DNA of 50,780 nt from Candidatus Aenigmatarchaeota archaeon. Its GTDB lineage: Archaea; Aenigmatarchaeota; Aenigmatarchaeia; QMZS01. Within the stretch, counting starts at the first letter, position 1; every line of letters begins with the position of its first letter. The DNA is taken from assembly GCA_030600555.1 (NCBI GenBank), contig JAUVLW010000003.1, forward strand, positions 1 through 50,780, in the 5' to 3' direction. A program made the translations under genes and the position numbers. The notes beneath the pieces are model-generated. The model did no database searches and had not been told where the DNA came from. It saw only the letters and a program-made list of their open reading frames with translations. This document shows, piece after piece, positions 1-7,716 of this stretch.

Positions 1-1075
1 AATAATAAATGAAAGATCCACTGAAATTTTCCTTAAAATTTCTAAACCAAGTAAGATTTCCATCTTTGAAATAAAAACAATCATTTTTTCTGACAAGATA
101 AGGAACACCTATTGTACCAACTGAAGTTAATAATATATCTCTATGCTTCGGAGCACCATATTTTTCTTTTATTTTATTATATCTTTCTGTAGATATAAAT
201 AATTTCAAACTTATACTTTTACCCGAATGCAATTCTATAATCTCTTTAGACCTGAAAAAAGGAATTCCTGTTTTTTGATATTCTGATTGAAAAATACGTT
301 TACTTGAAGTAATTTCAACTATCTTCTCTAACTTTTCAACTCTCCACCCCTCTGGAATCTCCCCCATTTCACTTTGAATCATCTTCCCGCCTGATGATTT
401 ATAGAGTTTTCCGTTTTCGTCGGGAAATTCAAAATCTACAAACCAATGGCGGAAAATTGTCCGCCCGATTTCTTCGAGTGTTTTATTTTGTTTTTGAAGA
501 ACTTCAATTTTATCGTCAAGGTCGGAAAGGATTTTTGCGATTGCTTTTTGTTCAGGGAATGGCGGGATATTTATTTGATAATTCATAATTGCAATTTTAT
601 CTCCTCGTGGCATTTTTGTACCTTTTGAAGTTAGTACTGTATATTCAAAGAATTTTTCTTGAGATAAATAATAATATAAGAATTGAGGATTTAGAGATGA
701 ATTTTTTGGTCTTATTACTAAAACATCATTTGAGCAACCACCATTAAATTTAGCCAACCACAATTTTTTAAAATAAGTTCTAATGTTTGAAAATAGAATA
801 TCTCCTATTTCAAATTTATTGGTTTTTCCCGTTTGAGGTAAAAATGAAGCCTCAACTATACCTCTCTTATCTGGAAGCATATTTTCTGTTGATATGAAAT
901 TTTTATGATTGAGTTCGGTAGCAGTTATTTTTTCGTTAATATATGAAGCAACATCTCCCAATTCTTTAACTTTCCAATCTTCAGGAATTTTTCCTATTTC
1001 TGTTTGTTTTATCTTCGATGAAACTTCAGAAAAAATTTTGTTTTCTGTTTGTTTGAATTTAGTTTTCTGTTTCAT
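1..1075 (-). CDS. hsdS: Type I restriction-modification specificity subunit HsdS (3' end runs off the window start)
   Basis: Absent from the ORF track because it has no in-window stop. Manual minus-strand translation from ATG 1075-1073 stays open to position 2. It reads MKQKTKFKQTENKIF..IGKIPEDWKVKELGDV (TRD1) ..INIPPFPEQKAIAKILSDLDDKIEVLQKQNKTLEEIGRTIFRHWFVDFEFP (central conserved HsdS helix) ..GEIPEGWRVEKLEKIVEI (TRD2) ..NFSGSFIYY. Confidence 0.88.
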   Translation of the reverse strand, partial: MKQKTKFKQTENKIFSEVSSKIKQTEIGKIPEDWKVKELGDVASYINEKITATELNHKNFISTENMLPDKRGIVEASFLPQTGKTNKFEIGDILFSNIRTYFKKLWLAKFNGGCSNDVLVIRPKNSSLNPQFLYYYLSQEKFFEYTVLTSKGTKMPRGDKIAIMNYQINIPPFPEQKAIAKILSDLDDKIEVLQKQNKTLEEIGRTIFRHWFVDFEFPDENGKLYKSSGGKMIQSEMGEIPEGWRVEKLEKIVEITSSKRIFQSEYQKTGIPFFRSKEIIELHSGKSISLKLFISTERYNKIKEKYGAPKHRDILLTSVGTIGVPYLVRKNDCFYFKDGNLTWFRNFKENFSGSFIYY

Positions 1076-1076
1076 A

Positions 1077-3254
1077 TTAAAGAGCTTCTTTACCTTCTGG
1101 AATATAAGTCCTCAAATTATCCAATTTACGAATAAATTCGGAGATTTTACTTTTCTCTAAATTTCTTAACTCAGAAATCTTATTTAAATCTTTACTTTCA
1201 GAAACTATATTTTTAATCAGGTTCAAATAACTTTCTTTCAATTTCGCATTAGAAGTAATTTTGGATTTGTGAGTTATATATAAATCAAAGAACTCTAATA
1301 AGAATTCTACAGTAAAAAAACCAATCTTATCTTTACAACTTAGCTTTTTTCTAGAATTTAGATTCAAACTCCCTTCTGATTTTAATTTATTTTTACATAC
1401 AACCAAGATACCTTCAATATCTCCGTCACATTCTTGAGGAGGGTGATCTAAATAATCCTTAAATTTTCTTAATTCAGATTTACTTATTTGTTTATGTTGT
1501 TTTGAATCAATCATATAAGAAATATTGTTTAGCTCTAACACACCATCGGGTTCATTTGGACCTCCTAAAGGTGAATAATTACCATAGATATATTTAAGAA
1601 TAATATTAATTGCAAGCTCAACTTCTTTTCCTTCCTTCTTTGCATCTTCAGAATGTTTTTCTGTGGGTGAAACATAATTTTTCAATAATCTAAACGCTTT
1701 ATGAATCTCTTTTTCTAAGTTCAAACCATATTTCTCCAAAATACAATACTGTATTTTATCATACAAGTATTTTAGTATTTTATCAGTCTCCCTTTCATTA
1801 AATATATAATAATAATTAATTTCTTCGATAACTGGATAAAGTATTTTTTCATATTCATTAAATCTACTATCAGTTGAGATAATTATCGTATAATGTCTTG
1901 AAAATTTTGTGTCTTTTTTATCAGAATAAATTTTAACTCGGAGACTTATTCTACTTTTATCTTTATTTACTTCAATCAGTTTAAAATGATTTTCATTCAC
2001 AATTGTTTCTTTATCTGCATGTTTTTTTAGTTCTTTTAAAAATATATTTGTAAACCTTTCTAGATTGAATTTAAATGGTGTTTTAGACACAATTTTCTCT
2101 TTTTCTAAAAGAGTTAATAAATTATTTTCTTTATCTAAATCAATTATTTTATTATAATAGAACTCTTTAATATTCCTCTTCTGAAATAAACTGTTGAAAT
2201 AATAAGCTATTGGTAAATTATAACGGGTGTTTACTTTAATCTTTAATCTATCTAAAATATTAGAAATTTTTTTAGTTAATTTTTCCCCATGAACTCCTTT
2301 AAGCCTATGATCTAATAACAAATTTATCTTGAAATAACCTGAACTAAGATTCTTTTCAATAACAAGAGAATAATTAATTTCTTCACCTATTTCTTTTGGT
2401 GAATTAATTAATAAAACGCCAACCTCTTTCAAATTTAATATATCTATTGTATCTTCCAATAGAGTCTCATTATTAACAACGTGGAAAATATCATAATGAT
2501 CCTTTTTAGAGTGAATATTTATTGAAATATCTTTATCTGAATAGCTTAATTTTTTAATTCTTTGATTATTTTTATTTAATTCTAATAATAAATTTTTAGC
2601 ATCTACCTTGAAATTGTCATAATCATCGATTAAGTCCGAAATTATATTTTCGGAGTGACCTTCCTCGCCATTTATTTTAGAAACAAACAAAATCCTCTCT
2701 TTTATTGATCCTGAAAAATGAATTTTTCCCGTATTATAATTTAATTTGATTAATAAATTTGGGAAAAATTCTTTTTCTCCCGATGTATGTGGCTTTACAT
2801 TTCCTCTATATTTTTTTTCATATGCATAGATGATTCTAATTATTTTATTTTCAGAATCCTTATATACTTTTGAGTTACTAAATAATTCACCATTCAGATC
2901 TATTACGCCCTTTAAAATTTTCTCTTCTTTTTCTTCAAATAATTCATCAAAATGAAATATTTCCAATTCCTTAATAAATTCTTCAAAATTAGTTTTAGAA
3001 AGAGTTAATAATTTCTCAGAATTTATTTCTGATTTACAATAACTATTTTTTAAAATTTCAACAATCTTTTTCCAAAAAATAATTTCTTCCAAGTTTTCTA
3101 ATCTCTCAAATTCATTTTTCAAACCCTCATGAGATAAAGCATTATTAACTTTAAAATAAATTTGAACTCCTTTTAACACCCTAGTTCCATTTTTATTCAT
3201 CAATAAATTTTTCCAAATCTGCTTAAGTTCATTCCTATTCATTTTTCCTACCAT
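1077..3254 (-). CDS. 725-aa protein with an uncharacterised ~560-aa N-terminal region and a FokI-type PD-(D/E)xK nuclease C-terminal domain
   Basis: Long uninterrupted ORF whose stop lies 1 nt from the hsdS ATG. The C-terminal segment YIYGNYSPLGGPNEPDGVLELNNISYMIDSKQHKQISKSELRKFKDYL parallels FokI KVYGYRGKHLGGSRKPDGAIYTVGSPIDYGVIVDTKAYSGG..ADEMQRYV. No Walker A or helicase motifs seen. Confidence 0.65.
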   Translation of the reverse strand: MVGKMNRNELKQIWKNLLMNKNGTRVLKGVQIYFKVNNALSHEGLKNEFERLENLEEIIFWKKIVEILKNSYCKSEINSEKLLTLSKTNFEEFIKELEIFHFDELFEEKEEKILKGVIDLNGELFSNSKVYKDSENKIIRIIYAYEKKYRGNVKPHTSGEKEFFPNLLIKLNYNTGKIHFSGSIKERILFVSKINGEEGHSENIISDLIDDYDNFKVDAKNLLLELNKNNQRIKKLSYSDKDISINIHSKKDHYDIFHVVNNETLLEDTIDILNLKEVGVLLINSPKEIGEEINYSLVIEKNLSSGYFKINLLLDHRLKGVHGEKLTKKISNILDRLKIKVNTRYNLPIAYYFNSLFQKRNIKEFYYNKIIDLDKENNLLTLLEKEKIVSKTPFKFNLERFTNIFLKELKKHADKETIVNENHFKLIEVNKDKSRISLRVKIYSDKKDTKFSRHYTIIISTDSRFNEYEKILYPVIEEINYYYIFNERETDKILKYLYDKIQYCILEKYGLNLEKEIHKAFRLLKNYVSPTEKHSEDAKKEGKEVELAINIILKYIYGNYSPLGGPNEPDGVLELNNISYMIDSKQHKQISKSELRKFKDYLDHPPQECDGDIEGILVVCKNKLKSEGSLNLNSRKKLSCKDKIGFFTVEFLLEFFDLYITHKSKITSNAKLKESYLNLIKNIVSESKDLNKISELRNLEKSKISEFIRKLDNLRTYIPEGKEAL

Positions 3255-3325
3255 ATTTCACACCTTCCACCCCAACATATTTAAATTCTTTTCAATCTTA
3301 TTTTCCAAACAACTAAATTCCATTA

Positions 3326-3739
3326 TCATTTTACATCACCAATCAAAGATTTATTAATGAACTTTTCAAGTTCATATTTATCATGAATACATTCCACCCT
3401 TCTTTCCAATAAACCTTTTAAAAAATTTTCAATTGTTATTGACTTTTTCCCGTAAGATTGTGGATAAAAAGTAATAGGTTCTTCTTTATCAAAAATTACT
3501 AGTTGTGGATACAGGGATTTTGTTTTAGCAGTTTGATGAATTCCTATTCTTTTAGCTACCGATAAACTCCAAAGAAATTTTGATTTTAATTCTTCCTCCT
3601 CCACGGGATTAATAACTTTTTCTAAAATTGCTACAGAATACAAAGATTTAATTTTATCTAATAATTCCTTTACCTTTTTAGTCTCTTCCGTAGATTCCAA
3701 TCCAACAGGGATGTAAAACTCAAACTTTGCAGTTTCCAT
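3326..3739 (-). CDS. Hypothetical 137-aa protein, first gene of the 137aa / 725aa / hsdS transcription unit
   Basis: ATG-initiated ORF, co-oriented and 72 nt upstream of the 725-aa gene. TTTAAA TATA-like box about 22-27 nt upstream of the ATG. No recognisable motif. Confidence 0.6.
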   Translation of the reverse strand: METAKFEFYIPVGLESTEETKKVKELLDKIKSLYSVAILEKVINPVEEEELKSKFLWSLSVAKRIGIHQTAKTKSLYPQLVIFDKEEPITFYPQSYGKKSITIENFLKGLLERRVECIHDKYELEKFINKSLIGDVK

Positions 3740-3841
3740 AAGATAAGCTATTAAAAAAGCTTTAAATGGGTATATCCACCCCCCCTATACTAACTCTTTT
3801 TCGTATTCAATATAAATATAACCTCAATTTAATTTCAACCC

Positions 3842-3856
3842 TCGACAATTTGTCGA
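3842..3856. repeat. 15-nt palindrome TCGACAA-T-TTGTCGA
   Basis: Read directly. Shares the core GACAA-N-TTGTC with the palindrome at 4349-4367. Lies about 100 nt upstream of the 137-aa gene start. Confidence 0.7.
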
Positions 3857-3967
3857 TAAACCAATTTTAGGTCTGCTTTTTTGGGAGGAATTGGCTGGAT
3901 TGTCCTGAACAGGGATTTTTGTATTTGCGCAGTCTGTTTCCCTTAATCTGCCCTCCTCTGCCTGCAA

Positions 3968-4000
3968 TTTCAACTGTCCGATAAACTCGGACAGTTGAAA
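3968..4000. repeat. Perfect 13-bp stem / 7-nt loop hairpin (TTTCAACTGTCCG ATAAACT CGGACAGTTGAAA)
   Basis: Read directly. Relatively GC-rich for its AT-rich surroundings. Lies inside the dubious 91-aa ORF 3824-4099. Confidence 0.8.
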
Positions 4001-4043
4001 CCCTTCTTCTATTAATTTAATTTTCCTCTTACCTAAACACTTG

Positions 4044-4068
4044 ATTATTTGAGATAAACTCAAATAAT
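4044..4068. repeat. Perfect 10-bp stem / 5-nt loop hairpin (ATTATTTGAG ATAAA CTCAAATAAT)
   Basis: Read directly. Its loop/junction GATAAAC also occurs at the 3968-4000 hairpin and just after the 3842-3856 palindrome. Confidence 0.7.
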
Positions 4069-4164
4069 TATTTAATCCACCATTTAATTCTCCACCCAAT
4101 CAGCCATTAAACCACAATATCTTTTTACTCACCCCCACACCACCCCATAATCTTCCGAGTGGCT

Positions 4165-4203
4165 TTCTGGGTAGTTTTCTGGATAGTTTTCTGGATAGTT
4201 TCT
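4165..4203. repeat. 12-bp tandem repeat x3.25 (TTCTGG[G/A]TAGTT) in a non-coding gap
   Basis: Read directly. The minus-strand translation gives ETIQKTIQKTTQKATRK, resembling the TITK repeat of the neighbouring AlbA_2 gene. Confidence 0.8.
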
Positions 4204-4348
4204 AAACAATTATTTGCTCAGTTACATTAAAAAAGCCCACAAACACCAGAATTCTTGTATTTTAGCACTTACCATACCCTCTCAGTTACATACCAGTTAC
4301 ATTAAAAATAGAACTTATTTATTGTCATCTGGAGAACTTAATTTCAAT

Positions 4349-4367
4349 TGGTGACAAATTGTCACCA
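4349..4367. repeat. 19-nt palindrome TGGTGACAA-A-TTGTCACCA
   Basis: Read directly. Lies 32 nt downstream of the AlbA_2-regulator stop codon. Confidence 0.7.
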
Positions 4368-4398
4368 GTTCACATCCATAACCTCTTTAAACTCACTC

Positions 4399-5826
4399 TC
4401 ATTTTTTCTCAATCACCCATTTTCCGGTTCTACTGCTGCCAACTCTTTTAAGCCGTCCTTTTTTCTTTAGGTTATTTAAATGATACCTTACACCCACAAC
4501 CGTTAATCCAACCAGTCTTGACATCTCTTCAGCAGTTAGATGAGGGTTATTTTTTATTATTTCAAATATTTCTCTTTCCTTATACTCTCCTTTAAATTTT
4601 TTGGTGATAGTTTTAGTGATAGTCTTGGTGATAGTCTTGGTGATAGTAATTGGAAAAGTTATCTTGTAAAAATCAAAATCACCTTCAATAATTGGATTTA
4701 AATGATACTGGGCATTCCACCCATTTATCATTTTATGAAATCCACTGCCGATATTCTCAGAAAACCTTATATATCTAAATATCTTTGCAACTATAGGATT
4801 TCTTGGTAATGAGAAATCTTCTTTTAAAATTAATTCAATATCTTTAGGCAATGCCCCAGGATTATAAAATTCAAACCTGTTTATAAAAACCCTTATTCTT
4901 GGATTTGACCTGCTGAAATAATCAGTGTGAACTATCAAATTAACAAGAGCCTCCCTTATTGCCTGTAAATGTGGAGGATCATCATCCCTAACACCTTTTT
5001 TAATTGAAAAAGGTACATTAATTTTTCTTATTAATCTTTCATAAATATCAAAAAAAGTTATGAAGAGATTCCTTTCAGAAGATAAACGGTAATTATATCT
5101 TGCTGGCGCATCCTCATAAGAAGTGCCCTCGATTTCCAGATATTCTATTCTATAATCAGAAATCGCTTCCGCTAAACTATCTTCTTTTCCAAAAACCAAC
5201 AATCCGCCATAGGTAATCTTTCCGTCTTTTAACACACTTAACTTTTGAAGAAATTCTTTATCAGGCAGACCGTTGTACCTATGCGCGGGATTCATTTGAA
5301 TAAAAAAATTTCTATATTGTTTAATCGTTTCTCCGTCCAAATCCTCAAAATTAAAAGTTGTTAATTCCCGATCTTTTTCTTCAAAAGAGGCATTCCTAAA
5401 AAAAGAATCTATTTCTTCTTGTGTTGCTCTCTGGTTTCCGCTTGCTATTCGGATAAAAGTATTTTTCGGATTATTAAAATATATTGGCTTGTCTTTTGGA
5501 GATTTTTTAGGAATATAAAAAACAAGAACAGTTTTTTCACCAAAATTATATTTTTTACTAATAACCTCCATCCCCTTATTAAATTTATCCCCTGTTTTTA
5601 GAGTATTAGTGAAATCTTGCCCTACTTTTTCAGGATTTTTAACACCAACGACCTCATATTTTTTCCCTTCTTTCTTAACTCCAAAAACCAGCCACCCTCC
5701 GGCAGTATTTGAAAAAGCGCTCACGGTTTCCCAACTGCTTTTTGGAATCTCAGATTTAGCCTCTTTAACCTCAAAATCTTCCCACTCAATATCCTCAAGT
5801 TTCTCAACCAATTCTTTCTTATTCAT
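4399..5826 (-). CDS. AlbA_2 (Schlafen-like) / HATPase_c_4 / C-terminal wHTH putative transcriptional regulator (often annotated 'RecG-like')
   Basis: N-terminus ..[40 protein letters not shown] (AlbA_2 signature). Mid-region [13 protein letters not shown] (HATPase_c_4 signature). C-terminal wHTH ..[32 protein letters not shown]. The start overlaps the hsdM stop as ATGA. Confidence 0.82.
   Translation of the reverse strand: MNKKELVEKLEDIEWEDFEVKEAKSEIPKSSWETVSAFSNTAGGWLVFGVKKEGKKYEVVGVKNPEKVGQDFTNTLKTGDKFNKGMEVISKKYNFGEKTVLVFYIPKKSPKDKPIYFNNPKNTFIRIASGNQRATQEEIDSFFRNASFEEKDRELTTFNFEDLDGETIKQYRNFFIQMNPAHRYNGLPDKEFLQKLSVLKDGKITYGGLLVFGKEDSLAEAISDYRIEYLEIEGTSYEDAPARYNYRLSSERNLFITFFDIYERLIRKINVPFSIKKGVRDDDPPHLQAIREALVNLIVHTDYFSRSNPRIRVFINRFEFYNPGALPKDIELILKEDFSLPRNPIVAKIFRYIRFSENIGSGFHKMINGWNAQYHLNPIIEGDFDFYKITFPITITKTITKTITKTITKKFKGEYKEREIFEIIKNNPHLTAEEMSRLVGLTVVGVRYHLNNLKKKGRLKRVGSSRTGKWVIEKK
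4603..4650 (-). repeat. In-frame 12-bp tandem repeat x4 encoding (TITK)4 linker
   Basis: ggtgatagtttt/agtgatagtctt/ggtgatagtctt/ggtgatagtaat on the plus strand. The protein reads [16 protein letters not shown]. Confidence 0.9.
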
Positions 5827-7394
5827 AATTTATACCCCAACCCTGAAAGATTCTTTTTAATTTCTTCTTCCAGTTTCTTGGATTCTTTAAACTGTTCACC
5901 CAACTCAGAAGTCAGTCTTTTCATTTTGTCATCAAACGGCTCCCCATCATCCTTCTCTTCTTCAATCCCAACATAACGACCCGGGGTTAAGATAAATCCC
6001 TGTTTCTCAATTTCTTCAGTTTTAACTGCTTTGCAGAATCCTAAAACATCTTCATACTTACCGCCTTCTCCTCTCCAGGAATGATAAGTATCGGAGATTT
6101 TTTTAAGTTCCTCATCAGTCAGTTCCCTATTTCTTCGCGTTATCATCTGCCCCATCTTCCGGGCATCTATAAACAATACTTCCCCTCTCCTATCCCTGAA
6201 TTTATGATTTTTCTTGTCCCGCGAAACAAACCACAGACAAGCGGGAATCATTGTGTTATAAAATAACTGGGAAGGCAACGCAACCATGCAGTCAACCAAA
6301 TCACCCTCAATAATGTTTTTCCTGATTTCGCCCTCATTTGAAGTATTTGAACTCATTGAACCATTAGCCAAAACAAAACCCGCAATTCCAAAAGGAGATA
6401 AATGATGAATAAAATGCTGCACCCAAGCAAAATTTGCATTCCCAACCGGAGGAACTCCGAACTTCCACCGAACATCATCTCTTAATAACTCTCCTTTCCA
6501 GTCGCTGTCATTAAAGGGGGGATTGGCAAGAACAAAATCCGCCTTCAAATCCCTGTGAGCATCATTGTGAAAAGAATCTCCCCATTGCACATTGGAGTCT
6601 ATCCCGCGGATTGCAAGATTCATTTTGCATAAACGCCAGGTTGTCTGGTTTGATTCCTGACCATAAACAGAAATATTTCCGATTTTCCCACCATGAGCCT
6701 CAATAAACTTTTCGCTTTGCACAAACATTCCTCCTGAACCGCAGCAGGGGTCATAGATTCTTCCTTTGTAAGGTTCAAGCATTTCAGCAAGCAATCCAAC
6801 AATGCTCTTTGGGGTATAAAACTGTCCTCCCTTCTTCCCCTCTGCATCAGCAAACTGACCTATAAAATATTCATAAACTCTTCCAAGAACATCTTTGCTC
6901 CTGCTCTCTTTATCCCCCAAACCAATCGTTCCAATTAAATCTATAAGTTCGCCCAATCTTTGCTTATCAAGAGCGGGTCTTGCATAATTCTTTGAAAGAA
7001 TTCCTCTAAGAGAATGATTATCTTTTTCAATTGCCTCCATCGCATCATCAATCAATTTTCCAATCTCAGGTTTTTTCGCATTTTTTTCAAGATAACTCCA
7101 CCTTGCAGCTTTCGGAACCCAGAAAATGTTTTCAGCTGAATATTCATCTCTATCCTCCATCACACCATAACGGTCAGAAGACTCTTTAACATACACTTCA
7201 CTCTTGGGGTCCAAAGTCTGTTCTTTCAAATAATTATATTTCTCTTCAAAAGCATCTGAAATATATTTCAGGAATATCAGCCCCAAAACAACATGCTTAT
7301 ACTCCGCAGCATCCATATTATTCCTCAATTTGTCCGCCGCCTGCCAGAGTTTCTGCTCAAAACCCAAATCCGAACCATTTGAACTGCCAACCAT
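5823..7394 (-). CDS. hsdM: Type I restriction-modification DNA methyltransferase subunit HsdM (N6-adenine)
   Basis: N-terminal HsdM_N-like [32 protein letters not shown]. AdoMet motif [12 protein letters not shown]. Catalytic NPPFN. Start moved to the internal ATG ([17 protein letters not shown]) rather than the track start at 7421. Confidence 0.95.
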   Translation of the reverse strand: MVGSSNGSDLGFEQKLWQAADKLRNNMDAAEYKHVVLGLIFLKYISDAFEEKYNYLKEQTLDPKSEVYVKESSDRYGVMEDRDEYSAENIFWVPKAARWSYLEKNAKKPEIGKLIDDAMEAIEKDNHSLRGILSKNYARPALDKQRLGELIDLIGTIGLGDKESRSKDVLGRVYEYFIGQFADAEGKKGGQFYTPKSIVGLLAEMLEPYKGRIYDPCCGSGGMFVQSEKFIEAHGGKIGNISVYGQESNQTTWRLCKMNLAIRGIDSNVQWGDSFHNDAHRDLKADFVLANPPFNDSDWKGELLRDDVRWKFGVPPVGNANFAWVQHFIHHLSPFGIAGFVLANGSMSSNTSNEGEIRKNIIEGDLVDCMVALPSQLFYNTMIPACLWFVSRDKKNHKFRDRRGEVLFIDARKMGQMITRRNRELTDEELKKISDTYHSWRGEGGKYEDVLGFCKAVKTEEIEKQGFILTPGRYVGIEEEKDDGEPFDDKMKRLTSELGEQFKESKKLEEEIKKNLSGLGYKL

Positions 7395-7512
7395 AATTAT
7401 TGGTAAATTAAAACAACACAAAAGAATTTGGTTAATGCTCTAATACAAACAGGTTTTAAAAAGAGAATTAGCTTAAAATATTATATTATCACAAACTAAA
7501 ATTAATATAATT

Positions 7513-7707
7513 ATGGAAGATAAAATAAAAGAACTCGTTATAGCCAGACTTAGAAGAATGCCGCTAAACTATAAGTTTGCTATAAGAGGTGAGAGTCTTA
7601 GTAGAGCTGAATTAATATCTTGTGTAAATAAAAGAACTGAAATAGGCGAAAGAATTATTAAAATGCATCTCAATTATCTACGGTCTTTTAAAAAGAATGT
7701 AGAATAA
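7513..7707 (+). CDS. Small conserved hypothetical protein (64 aa)
   Basis: ATG ORF in an otherwise empty gap, divergent from hsdM. The pattern ..VIARLRRMPLNYKFAIRGESLSRAELISCVNKRTEIGERIIKMHLNYLRSF resembles a recurrent small protein family of unknown function. Confidence 0.5.
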   Translation: MEDKIKELVIARLRRMPLNYKFAIRGESLSRAELISCVNKRTEIGERIIKMHLNYLRSFKKNVE

Positions 7708-7716
7708 ATTTTATTA

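Noticed and set aside
394-1160. Plus-strand ORFs 394-588, 446-628 and 909-1160
   Set aside because: They are antisense shadows of the strongly supported minus-strand hsdS and the 3' end of the 725-aa gene.
Their composition is F/L/I-rich and low in complexity.
3824-4099. 91-aa TTG-initiated ORF in the R-M gap
   Set aside because: It uses a non-ATG start and is built around a perfect 13-bp hairpin, which gives the palindromic peptide QLSEFIGQLKLQ.
It is flanked by stops in a region that looks like decayed or structured non-coding DNA, so it is treated as a possible pseudogene fragment or ncRNA region rather than a gene.
4165-4650. Short tandem repeats considered as a CRISPR-like array
   Set aside because: The units are 12 bp, directly abutting with no spacers, and one set is in-frame coding sequence.
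No 24-40-bp repeat/spacer periodicity exists anywhere in the window.
7395-7421. Upstream track start of hsdM ([10 protein letters not shown]...)
   Set aside because: The nine extra residues are not HsdM-like.
The internal ATG at 7394 gives the typical N-terminus ..[16 protein letters not shown].
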